In this document: positions 1 to 7,939 of the stretch, one piece after another
How the letters are laid out: the number at the start of each line of letters is the position of its first letter
Position numbering within the stretch: position 1 is the stretch's first letter
NCBI GenBank assembly: GCA_049423385.1
Contig: JBMSQQ010000064.1
Location: 1 to 20,322 of the forward strand
Direction of reading: 5' to 3'
DNA from: Silvanigrellaceae bacterium
Lineage (GTDB): Bacteria; Bdellovibrionota_B; Oligoflexia; Silvanigrellales; Silvanigrellaceae
DNA: 20,322 nucleotides
Notes under the pieces: model-generated
The model's input: the letters and a program-made list of their open reading frames with translations, nothing else
What the model was told of the DNA's origin: nothing
The model's database searches: none
Position numbers and translations under genes: made by a program

Positions 1-158
1 AAGTAGCTCTTGCCACCCTCAGCGTTTACAAAAGCAGGGTTCTCCGTCAGATTGTCGAAAACGTCGCGCGTCGAGCCAGCAAGCGAATCCGTAGCCGTTG
101 AAGCGAAAGAAAGGCTTGGAGCGAGAAGCGAAACGAAAACAAAACGTTTATGCAACAT
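1..158 (-). CDS. Partial (runs off window) putative secreted protein, N-terminus MLHKRFVFVSLLAPSLSFASTATDSLAG...
   Basis: Read by hand: ATG at 158 (minus) with AAGGAG 8 nt upstream; open to the window edge; signal-peptide-like N-terminus (basic, hydrophobic, SFA-S). Confidence 0.7.
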   Translation of the reverse strand, partial: MLHKRFVFVSLLAPSLSFASTATDSLAGSTRDVFDNLTENPAFVNAEGGKSY

Positions 159-276
159 GAACCATTCTCCTTGTTGGTGGGTTGCAGGGAAATGTTAACA
201 TGACAATTTCCCGGGAACCAAAAAATCTTACAAGGAATTTTTCAAACTGATCGATCCACAGGCAAGGAGCACATCC

Positions 277-1638
277 GTGAAACAGCACCTGCGCACTCTC
301 TCTTCATGCATCTCTCTTTTCTCTCTCGTTCATGCAGGACAAGCACTTTGCGCCGACTCCAAGGAACAACCGTTCGAGTTTCACAGCTACGGTCGGCTTG
401 GCTTTTCGACCAACGAAAAATTGACTGATGCGGGCCGTGATCAAGGTGATGGCGCATTTGGGCTTCCCACCAGTCGTCATGTTCGTGATTTGAATTATTT
501 GCGCATTCAGCTGCTGGGAAACATGAGCACGAAGGCAAAATTCAATCTTGAAGCGCAATTCGACAATCTCGCCCACCAGACCAACAATTGGAACGGAGCC
601 GGGCTCAATCTGCGCAATGCCTACTTTCAATTGCCACTCAACTCCGAGAGCGAAGGTTGGGTGGGAGCGCGCCGCCTTGAGTTTGAAGATGTGCGCCTGT
701 TCGACAAGTTCCCGCTCAGCGACACCACATTTTACGGTGCAGGCTTCACAACCCCAATCGCAGGTTCAGCAACGACCGTTGCAATTGGCTTCAAGAACCT
801 GGAAAACAGCCCGCTGCTTGTCGCCAAGGATCCCAACAACCCTGCTGCAGACAACGACAGCGTCGTGACCCAACGCCGCGACACATCGCTTTTCGTGCGC
901 CACGACATTTCACTCGACAGCAACATGGCGATTCGTCCAACCCTCATTCTCAGCCGCACCGGCAAGTATTTTCAAAACGGCGCGCCGCTGGACAACTATT
1001 CAACCGTGTTGGCAGACAAATCCGGCATCGCATCCAATGAAACACCAAAGCCAGTCGTCACCGGAAAACTCGGCGCGGTGCTCTCGCATTGGGGAAATGA
1101 AGGTTGGGGCAACCACTTCGTTTGGGCTGAGCAGCGCAGTGCTGCAGGACAAGTGGGGAGCACGGACAAGGACACCATCTACGGCCTGGCGACCTCGGGC
1201 GATTATGAAGGATTGAGCGACAGTGATGTTGGCCTGATGTACAGCGCCATCGTTCAGGTCACTCAGTACAAGAACGCACAACCCAAATACTCGCTCAAAG
1301 ACAATGCCTACGTTGCCAATGGTGACTCAACATCCAAGCGCAATACGCTTGTGGCGGTTGGGCTTCAGCCGGTGTACTACGCAACGCCCAATCTGCACCT
1401 GGCCCTGGATCTCAATCACACCCTGTCCACAAAAGTGGGTGCCGAGTTCGCCAAGCCCAACATGACTTTCATCACGCCAATTGTTCGTTATGCCACCAAC
1501 AAGAACGCTTTGGCCACGCCACAACTCTTCACATCGGTGACTTACGGCATCTATGAATCCAAGGCGCGCTTGTCGTCGACGGGAACTCCGAGCAAGACCT
1601 CGCTCACAACCCAAACAGGTTGCGAATTCTGGTTTTAA
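277..1638 (+). CDS. lamB: LamB/maltoporin-like carbohydrate outer-membrane porin
   Basis: Signal peptide; N-terminal FEFHSYGRLG resembles LamB DFHGYARSG; WVGARR and DVRLFD segments resemble LamB WAGKR...DVHMID; alternating beta-strand pattern; C-terminal aromatic beta-signal CEFWF; AAGGAG before GTG. Confidence 0.75.
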   Translation: MKQHLRTLSSCISLFSLVHAGQALCADSKEQPFEFHSYGRLGFSTNEKLTDAGRDQGDGAFGLPTSRHVRDLNYLRIQLLGNMSTKAKFNLEAQFDNLAHQTNNWNGAGLNLRNAYFQLPLNSESEGWVGARRLEFEDVRLFDKFPLSDTTFYGAGFTTPIAGSATTVAIGFKNLENSPLLVAKDPNNPAADNDSVVTQRRDTSLFVRHDISLDSNMAIRPTLILSRTGKYFQNGAPLDNYSTVLADKSGIASNETPKPVVTGKLGAVLSHWGNEGWGNHFVWAEQRSAAGQVGSTDKDTIYGLATSGDYEGLSDSDVGLMYSAIVQVTQYKNAQPKYSLKDNAYVANGDSTSKRNTLVAVGLQPVYYATPNLHLALDLNHTLSTKVGAEFAKPNMTFITPIVRYATNKNALATPQLFTSVTYGIYESKARLSSTGTPSKTSLTTQTGCEFWF

Positions 1639-1678
1639 GGCGGAAGCCCACTGAAAGTGGGCAGTCTTGCACCGCCTT
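1637..1678. terminator. Putative bidirectional terminator hairpin between convergent genes
   Basis: GCCCACT-GAA-AGTGGGC (1646-1662) nested within AAGGCGG...CCGCCTT (1637-1643/1672-1678), filling the gap between two stop codons. Confidence 0.55.
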
Positions 1679-3108
1679 TACCTTGATGACTTCGAGAGAA
1701 TCTTCAGCACCTCTGAACGAACAACGCCAAAATTGCTTGTGAACCATGCCGAAGCGGCTACGTTCTTCGCATTGAGTTCAGCGCAGCGACTGAAATTCTC
1801 CGCACTTTCTTTGGCAGCTTCCTGACCTTTTGCAGCCTGACAAAAACGGTCTCCCGTTTGAACAGCGAGTTTTTCAACGAACTGTTCCGAAAATTTTCTG
1901 TACTGGAGAGAAAGCCAGCTGGTCACTGACAAAAACTTTGCCTCGGCGGGCATGAGGCCGATGTCGGGCAGGTTCTGGTCATGGGTCACGAAGGTGTTTT
2001 CTTTCTCCTGGGCAAGCGACAACGACGACTCTTCCGCGGTTTTGGCCACGAGCTGCGCGTTCAGGCGCAGCTTTTCACGATGTTCAACGGCAGGATAATT
2101 GTAGGTTTTGGGTTCCATGCGGAACTTGGTCACGGGACGCGTCTTCTGCACCGGCCGTTCCACGGTTTGCTGTCGACCATCCTTGAAAACCGTGACGTAT
2201 TCCTTGTCGTCGTACTGCTCGTAATCCTGGTAGGGCACCTTGAGTTTGTAGGAATGGCTCTTGATGGTCGCCCGGGTCGAATAGTCGCGTGAATAGTCTC
2301 CCGACACGGCCAGGGTCAGGGTGTAAGGAGATTCAGAAGCATACAGGCCCACTGCCTGGATTCTCCCTTCGACCTCATTGCGGAGCAGCTCCATTTGCGT
2401 TTGCCCATTGCCATCAAAGTTTCGGAAATCGAGGTTGCCGGTAAAGACAATTTTCGAAAACCTGAAATCCTTCTGAGAATCCAATGGCACTCCAGACGGC
2501 GAAGAACCGTAATAAGCGCAGACGGCCTTGGAAACCGCATTGAACGAAAAGCTCGTGCTGCTCACCCACGCCTGGAGCGCCTGGCACAATTGCTGTCCTT
2601 CCTTTCGAATATCCTCGAGCAACTCTACCGAATAAGAACCAAATTGCTTGGCCTCGCGGATGTGGTCGAATTCATTCCAATAGGATGTCGCAACTATGGG
2701 CCGGTGCTCGCTGATTTTCTGTTGAATCATCGAGGTGAGAAGGCGACGGCCATTGCGCACTTCCTCCTCGGCGCTCACAAGCTCGCCGGATTGGAATTTG
2801 CTGACATCCCAGACCGAGATCTTCTCCAACAGTGTTTCAAGTCTTTCGAGTGCACCCTTGCCGTTGCCGGACATTCTCATCAGGCGAATTGACACCAATT
2901 CCTTGCGCCAGATTTCCGAGCGCGCCTTGGCCAATCCTATTTTTGCATCTGCATTGTCGGGCTCGGATTTCAAAATCTGCTCGTAGGCATCACCTGCTTC
3001 CTGAAAGAGTCCCGCTTCAAGCAATTTGTTGGCTTTGCCAAGTTGAGTGGTACAGCCGGCCAACGCAACGAATCCCAGGATGCCTGCAGAACGAATCATT
3101 TGATGCAC
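1678..3108 (-). CDS. Lipoprotein with N-terminal TPR-like repeat, function unknown
   Basis: GTG start with GGAGG; lipobox LAGC; TPR-like AGDAYEQILKSEPDNADAKIGLAKA. Confidence 0.75.
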   Translation of the reverse strand: MHQMIRSAGILGFVALAGCTTQLGKANKLLEAGLFQEAGDAYEQILKSEPDNADAKIGLAKARSEIWRKELVSIRLMRMSGNGKGALERLETLLEKISVWDVSKFQSGELVSAEEEVRNGRRLLTSMIQQKISEHRPIVATSYWNEFDHIREAKQFGSYSVELLEDIRKEGQQLCQALQAWVSSTSFSFNAVSKAVCAYYGSSPSGVPLDSQKDFRFSKIVFTGNLDFRNFDGNGQTQMELLRNEVEGRIQAVGLYASESPYTLTLAVSGDYSRDYSTRATIKSHSYKLKVPYQDYEQYDDKEYVTVFKDGRQQTVERPVQKTRPVTKFRMEPKTYNYPAVEHREKLRLNAQLVAKTAEESSLSLAQEKENTFVTHDQNLPDIGLMPAEAKFLSVTSWLSLQYRKFSEQFVEKLAVQTGDRFCQAAKGQEAAKESAENFSRCAELNAKNVAASAWFTSNFGVVRSEVLKILSKSSR

Positions 3109-3139
3109 TTAGAACCTCCACGCCATTCCCTCGGCGCAT

Positions 3140-3613
3140 TCAACTTTCTGCTTTCTTCCGTGCCTTCAAAAGTAGTCTGGTCAGGACGCGATCAAAGGCC
3201 TCGGCAAATTTCTTCTTGTCCAGGGCGCCATAGGCCGCTGGCCCTCCGGTCACCATGCCAGCCCCACGCAGCCCCTCCATGAGATCACGTGTGGCAAGAC
3301 GCTCGCCAATATTTCCGGAATCGAATTCTACACCGCGCCGGCTGATGGTCGAAACATTCTGCGTCACGCACCTGTGAGCCAGGGGAATATCGTCGGTCAC
3401 AACAAGGTCGTCGGGCGTTGCGTTGTCGGCGATGTAGTCGTCGGCAGCATTGAAGCCTTGGTTGACCACAATCATCTGCAAGTGAGGATGGGCTGGGAGT
3501 CGCACCCAACGGTCCGCCACCAGGACGACCGGAATCTGTGTCCGCAAAGAGGCCTTGAAGACGCACTCTTTCACATCATTTGGGCACCCATCCGCATCGA
3601 GCCAAATCCGCAT
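3140..3613 (-). CDS. yaiI: YaiI/YqxD family protein (DUF188, PIN-like)
   Basis: MRIWLDADGCP, FNAADDYI, DLVVTDDIPLA, NIGERLATRDLM, TGGPAAY motifs; 157 aa. Confidence 0.92.
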   Translation of the reverse strand: MRIWLDADGCPNDVKECVFKASLRTQIPVVLVADRWVRLPAHPHLQMIVVNQGFNAADDYIADNATPDDLVVTDDIPLAHRCVTQNVSTISRRGVEFDSGNIGERLATRDLMEGLRGAGMVTGGPAAYGALDKKKFAEAFDRVLTRLLLKARKKAES

Positions 3614-3819
3614 GTTCCTGTGTCACTCCCGTGGAAAGTGTTTTCCATTACTCTATATGCAAAATCGGCGAAATTCAGTCATTGGCCGAAATTCGACCAA
3701 CACCCGCTTCGGGACAGCACAATTCCGGCCAGCCAGCCTGTCGAGCATGGTCTGTTCAAATTTCGGCACATGGGAATCATGAGAATTTCTAATACCTGTT
3801 TGCTTGGCATGGTCATTGC

Positions 3820-3863
3820 TGTTGGTCGAACAGATGCTCGAAGCATCGACCAACAAAAAGGAG
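3820..3863 (+). promoter_or_regulatory. 5'-leader stem-loop abutting the RBS of the small peptide gene
   Basis: TGTTGGTC (3820-3827) pairs with GACCAACA (3848-3855); inner stem GATGCT/AGCATC (3833-3838/3842-3847); followed by AAGGAG (3858-3863). Confidence 0.5.
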
Positions 3864-3870
3864 TTATCCC

Positions 3871-4026
3871 ATGACAGTTCTATCCCTTGCACTCGCATTC
3901 GCTTCCAACAAAAAATCAAATAATGCCCGCCTCAGTCGCACCGCATCGGTCGAAAAGAACATCCGCGCCCTGAGACGCGTCGGTTCGACCCGGTTCGTCA
4001 TGATCGAAATGGGCTCACAGGGCTAA
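3871..4026 (+). CDS. 51-aa cationic peptide, putative RiPP precursor: MTVLSLALAFASNKKSNNARLSRTASVEKNIRALRRVGSTRFVMIEMGSQG
   Basis: Translated by hand (shorter than any ORF in the track). AAAAAGGAG 7 nt before ATG; TAA at 4024-4026; 52 nt upstream of and co-oriented with the HExxH gene. Confidence 0.75.
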   Translation: MTVLSLALAFASNKKSNNARLSRTASVEKNIRALRRVGSTRFVMIEMGSQG

Positions 4027-4078
4027 TCAAGAAGTCCTCATCCACCAACCCCAAATTCAGGATACACCGAGGAACAGC

Positions 4079-4981
4079 ATGCTTGGCCTTTATTCCTACC
4101 CCGAAATTTGCCAGTCGCTTTTGAATCTTGCCGACCCCGAAACATTGGCCGCCCATGGCTACACGAACCTTGGCCTTCGCATGGCAATCCAGGCCAGGGC
4201 TCAACAATTTGAGCCCGAGCTGCCAATCTGGAACACCGACAGTGCGGTGTTGATCGCTTCTAGCCAAAGGGAACTCGAAATGCGGCGACTGTTCTCGGGT
4301 CACAGCGAATTGAATGATCTTGGCCAAGCAACCGCGATCGACAGCTCCTTCTCGACAGAGGAACGAACATTCAAACTGCAACAGCTCCGAACGGCACTTG
4401 ATTTGATCAAATCACTGGATCCCAACCTGTCCGAAATTTTCCATGTTGTGGTCTCGTGCATTTTCACGTCCAGCTCATTAATGGCGGGAGGAGGAACATC
4501 CTCGGCAACGCCAGGAGTGATCTGGGCCAACCTGCGCCCGCACTGGAGCAGTTGGGATGTGGTTGAATTCCTGGTTCACGAGCTGACACACAATATTTTG
4601 TTCTTTGACGAATTCTCGGAGTTGCATTACCTCGACCACGCCAAGCTTTCGGATCCGACGACTTTTGCACAAAGCGCAATCCTCAAGCGCGCGCGACCGC
4701 TCGACAAGGTTTTTCACAGCATCATGGTCGGCATTGCGGTTTTGAACCTGCGAGCCAACTCTGTCCTGCAGTGCCACAACAATGGTTCATCACTTGCCAT
4801 GACCACAGGAATTCATCCCGACTCACTCACGCTGATTGCACAGATTCGCGCATCCATTGCATCTGTGGATGAGAACCGTCATGCACAAAGACTGCTCTCA
4901 GGCAGGGGCTTGGATTTGTTGAATCGGGCACGCCGTCGCATCGAGGAGTTTGCCAACGTTGGTGTCGCGCTGGCGATTTAA
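4079..4981 (+). CDS. aKG-HExxH-type peptide-modifying enzyme (putative Fe(II)/2-oxoglutarate peptide hydroxylase), stand-alone
   Basis: GGTSSATPGVIW strand, E-F-L-V-H167-E-L-T-H171, then SAILKRAR206P207LDKVFH213. This is the HExxH + RP + third His layout of the aKG-HExxH family. No signal peptide; GAGG RBS. Confidence 0.8.
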   Translation: MLGLYSYPEICQSLLNLADPETLAAHGYTNLGLRMAIQARAQQFEPELPIWNTDSAVLIASSQRELEMRRLFSGHSELNDLGQATAIDSSFSTEERTFKLQQLRTALDLIKSLDPNLSEIFHVVVSCIFTSSSLMAGGGTSSATPGVIWANLRPHWSSWDVVEFLVHELTHNILFFDEFSELHYLDHAKLSDPTTFAQSAILKRARPLDKVFHSIMVGIAVLNLRANSVLQCHNNGSSLAMTTGIHPDSLTLIAQIRASIASVDENRHAQRLLSGRGLDLLNRARRRIEEFANVGVALAI

Positions 4982-4997
4982 GTTTGGAGATTTTAAA

Positions 4998-6371
4998 ATG
5001 TTGCGAACACTCTTTTCCTCACCTGCATTTTTCCTTGCCTTGTTGTTTGTCATTCTTCAACAGGGAACCGTGGCGTCTTCCACATGGTTCCTTGCGCGTG
5101 TCACTGCAAACACGCAATCCACCTCTGAGGTTTTACCTTGGTTGGTGGGATTTTTGCTGAGTCTTGCGTTGCCCTATGTTCCCGGTGTTTTGGCTGTTCG
5201 CCAGGTGGCCCGGATGAAGAATTCGGCACAACGAAAGATCCTCGACCTTTTGCGAATTACCATCGAAGGCAAGACAACCCTCCTTTCCAACAAGGAGGAA
5301 CGGGAGAGAAGATTTGTCTTTCTCCAGCGTGAAGGCGAAGATTTTGTCGCACACTCGTGCGACGCCGGTTTCGATTTCACGCAAACAATTTTCAATGTCG
5401 TACTCAACATTGCAGCGCTTGTAATTGTTGTTCATCCGGCACTTCTTCCGGCCTATGTGGCAAGTTTGGCACTGATGAGTGCAGCCACACACCTTGGAAA
5501 GAATCCACTCACAACGGCAACCCGGGAACAACGCGAAGCCCTTGTGGGGTTCGACGCGGTTCAACTCACTGCCTGGGAAAACCTGACGATTGGCAATTCA
5601 ACCAACACATCGCGCTGGAATTCAACCCTTGAGTCACGGTTCGACAATCTGGCACAAAGACGCCTCAAACTCACAACCCTGCGCGAAATCACAAGTCTAT
5701 TGTCGACCTGGGCTGCAATGATTCCAGTCCTTGCTGCAAACATCTGGATGGTGACAAAAGCTTCATCCCCTGCCGAACTCGCTCTGCTTGTTGCAACCTT
5801 GCCCCGTCAGCTGATGGTGCTCAATCATCTGCACATCGTCAGCAGCTGGTCTGGATTTTTTCACGAACTGAGTGAGCGCTATCAGGGACTCAAAGCTGCA
5901 CTTTCAGAAGTTTCCGCGAACGCCCGAAGGGAACACGACAGCAACATCCGGTTCAACGAGCTTAAGATTTCGCAGGTGGGCGATTCAATCACCGCAGCTG
6001 GCCTCGAAACCGAAAGCAACCCCGAAAAGATGGCCTTCTGGGCGAAGAAGGCCCAGCAAGGACGATTCCGGATTGAGGGTGGCAATGGCACCGGAAAATC
6101 AACGCTGTTGCGCTCGCTGAAGGAGTCGCTGGGCCGTGATGCCTTTTATCTTCCGGCCGAACACTCCGCCCTCGATTTTCCGGTTGCCGGTGGCCTGAGT
6201 TCCGGACAACGTGCCCGCTCGATTCTCGAAAACCTCAAGATTTCAGCTCCGCGCGTGCTTTTGCTCGACGAATGGGATGCCAACCTGGATATGCACCATC
6301 GGAAATTGCTGGACCAGTTCATCAGCCAGCTCTCGGAAAAGCACCTGGTCCTTGAGGTCAGGCACAATTGA
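4998..6371 (+). CDS. ABC exporter, fused transmembrane domain + short ATP-binding domain
   Basis: ATG 4998 with GGAGA; about 5-6 hydrophobic segments; Walker A GGNGTGKST, signature LSSGQ, Walker B/D-loop LLLDEWDANLD, H-switch EVRH. Confidence 0.88.
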   Translation: MLRTLFSSPAFFLALLFVILQQGTVASSTWFLARVTANTQSTSEVLPWLVGFLLSLALPYVPGVLAVRQVARMKNSAQRKILDLLRITIEGKTTLLSNKEERERRFVFLQREGEDFVAHSCDAGFDFTQTIFNVVLNIAALVIVVHPALLPAYVASLALMSAATHLGKNPLTTATREQREALVGFDAVQLTAWENLTIGNSTNTSRWNSTLESRFDNLAQRRLKLTTLREITSLLSTWAAMIPVLAANIWMVTKASSPAELALLVATLPRQLMVLNHLHIVSSWSGFFHELSERYQGLKAALSEVSANARREHDSNIRFNELKISQVGDSITAAGLETESNPEKMAFWAKKAQQGRFRIEGGNGTGKSTLLRSLKESLGRDAFYLPAEHSALDFPVAGGLSSGQRARSILENLKISAPRVLLLDEWDANLDMHHRKLLDQFISQLSEKHLVLEVRHN

Positions 6372-6455
6372 TGAAGCCGATTGTTTCCGTGTGGCGACAA
6401 GTTTTGATACAAAACTCTTTCGCAGCTTCGCCACCGGAACACAAAAGGCAAAACA

Positions 6456-7934
6456 ATGTCCGAACAAAACCCAAAGTCATCGCCCGGCTGGAATCTTCAG
6501 CACAGCTACGCCGAACTTCCAGCTGTTTTTCATTCCAACGTGTCTCCCACTCCGGTGTCGAGTCCCCGGCTGGTGGTACTCAACAAGCACTTGGCTTCAA
6601 GCCTGGGGCTGAATGCAGAGCTTCTGGCTTCGGGTGAAAATGTGGAGATTTTTTCGGGCAACAGGTTGCCCGAAGGAGCAAACCCGATCGCACAAGCCTA
6701 TGCGGGACATCAGTTCGGCGGTTTCACGATGCTTGGCGATGGCCGGGCGATTCTGCTGGGCGAACAATCCACGCCCGAGGGCGACACGTTCGACATTCAG
6801 CTCAAAGGCCCGGGACCCACTCCCTATTCGCGTCGGGGCGATGGCAGGGCCGCACTCAAACCCATGCTTCGCGAATACATCATCAGCGAAGCCATGCACG
6901 GCTTGAATATTCCAACCACACGCAGTCTTGCCGTCGTCAGCACCGGTGAGTCTGTCATCCGCGAAGACATTCAACCTGGTGCAATCCTGACCCGTGTGGC
7001 ATCGAGCCATATCCGCGTCGGAACTTTTGAATTTGCGCGGGCACAGGGTCAGCCGGAAGATTTACATGCACTCATCGAGTACACCCTCATCCGGCATTTC
7101 CCGGAAGGCTTCGCCACCGAGAATCCAACCCTTGCGCTGCTTGAAGAAGTGGTTTCCCGGCAAGCGCACCTCGTTGCCCGCTGGATGCACTTCGGCTTCA
7201 TCCACGGAGTCATGAACACAGACAATATGTCGATTTGTGGCGAGACCATCGACTACGGCCCCTGCGCATTCATGGACACCTACAACCCCGCGACCGTTTT
7301 CAGCTCCATCGATCGCGAGGGGCGCTACGCGTATGCGAACCAGCCGCGCATTGCCTTGTGGAACCTCGAGAGATTTGCCGAAACACTCCTGCCCTTCTTG
7401 GACGAGTCGGAAGACAAGGCCGTCGAAACAGCGCAAAACGCGTTGGAAAGCTTTGCCGACATCTACAACGAAGCATGGCTCAACGGCATGCGTTCGAAAT
7501 TGGGATTGTTTGACGCGATGCCGGAAGATTCAGCCCTGGTGACAGAATTCCTTGGCTTGCTGCACAAGACCAATTCCGATTACACCAATTCATTTCGCTC
7601 GCTCACACAGTACCCCACGGGTTTTCCCGAAAGCCCGCTCTTTTCGTCTGCGGAATTTTCAGCTTGGAACAAAAAATGGAGCGAACGTAGACAACAGCAA
7701 CACAAATCCGAGAAATATGTGGTTGAACTGATGCGGCGCAACAGTCCAAGCGTGATTGCCCGCAATCATCGGGTTGAGGAAGCACTTTCTGCCGGCGAGA
7801 AAGGCGATATTGCGCCAATGGAACGGCTGCTCAAGGTGTTGGCAACACCTTTTGAAGACTCTGTCGAGCATGCCGAATTCAGCCGCGAACCCGGACCAGA
7901 CTTCATCGGCTACAAAACGTTTTGTGGCACTTGA
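6456..7934 (+). CDS. selO: Protein adenylyltransferase SelO (YdiU/UPF0061 family)
   Basis: YAGHQFG, LGDGRA, QLKGPGPTPYSRRGDGRA, PTTRSL, GFIHGVMNTDNMSI, IDYGPC, C-terminal TFCGT. Confidence 0.96.
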   Translation: MSEQNPKSSPGWNLQHSYAELPAVFHSNVSPTPVSSPRLVVLNKHLASSLGLNAELLASGENVEIFSGNRLPEGANPIAQAYAGHQFGGFTMLGDGRAILLGEQSTPEGDTFDIQLKGPGPTPYSRRGDGRAALKPMLREYIISEAMHGLNIPTTRSLAVVSTGESVIREDIQPGAILTRVASSHIRVGTFEFARAQGQPEDLHALIEYTLIRHFPEGFATENPTLALLEEVVSRQAHLVARWMHFGFIHGVMNTDNMSICGETIDYGPCAFMDTYNPATVFSSIDREGRYAYANQPRIALWNLERFAETLLPFLDESEDKAVETAQNALESFADIYNEAWLNGMRSKLGLFDAMPEDSALVTEFLGLLHKTNSDYTNSFRSLTQYPTGFPESPLFSSAEFSAWNKKWSERRQQQHKSEKYVVELMRRNSPSVIARNHRVEEALSAGEKGDIAPMERLLKVLATPFEDSVEHAEFSREPGPDFIGYKTFCGT

Positions 7935-7939
7935 ACCGA

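Noticed and set aside
3820..3860. Hairpin as an intrinsic terminator
   Set aside because: It is followed by an A-tract and RBS on the plus strand and has no following U-tract on either strand.
3374..3919. ORF-track frames 3374-3874, 3555-3782, 3580-3792 and 3653-3919 as genes
   Set aside because: They are antisense to yaiI or the peptide gene, and lack RBSs and protein-like features.
4079..4981. HELTH as a conventional secreted zinc metallopeptidase
   Set aside because: No signal peptide and no GxxH or downstream Glu ligand pattern. The RP...H motif and peptide/ABC context fit aKG-HExxH better, although peptidase activity is not formally excluded.
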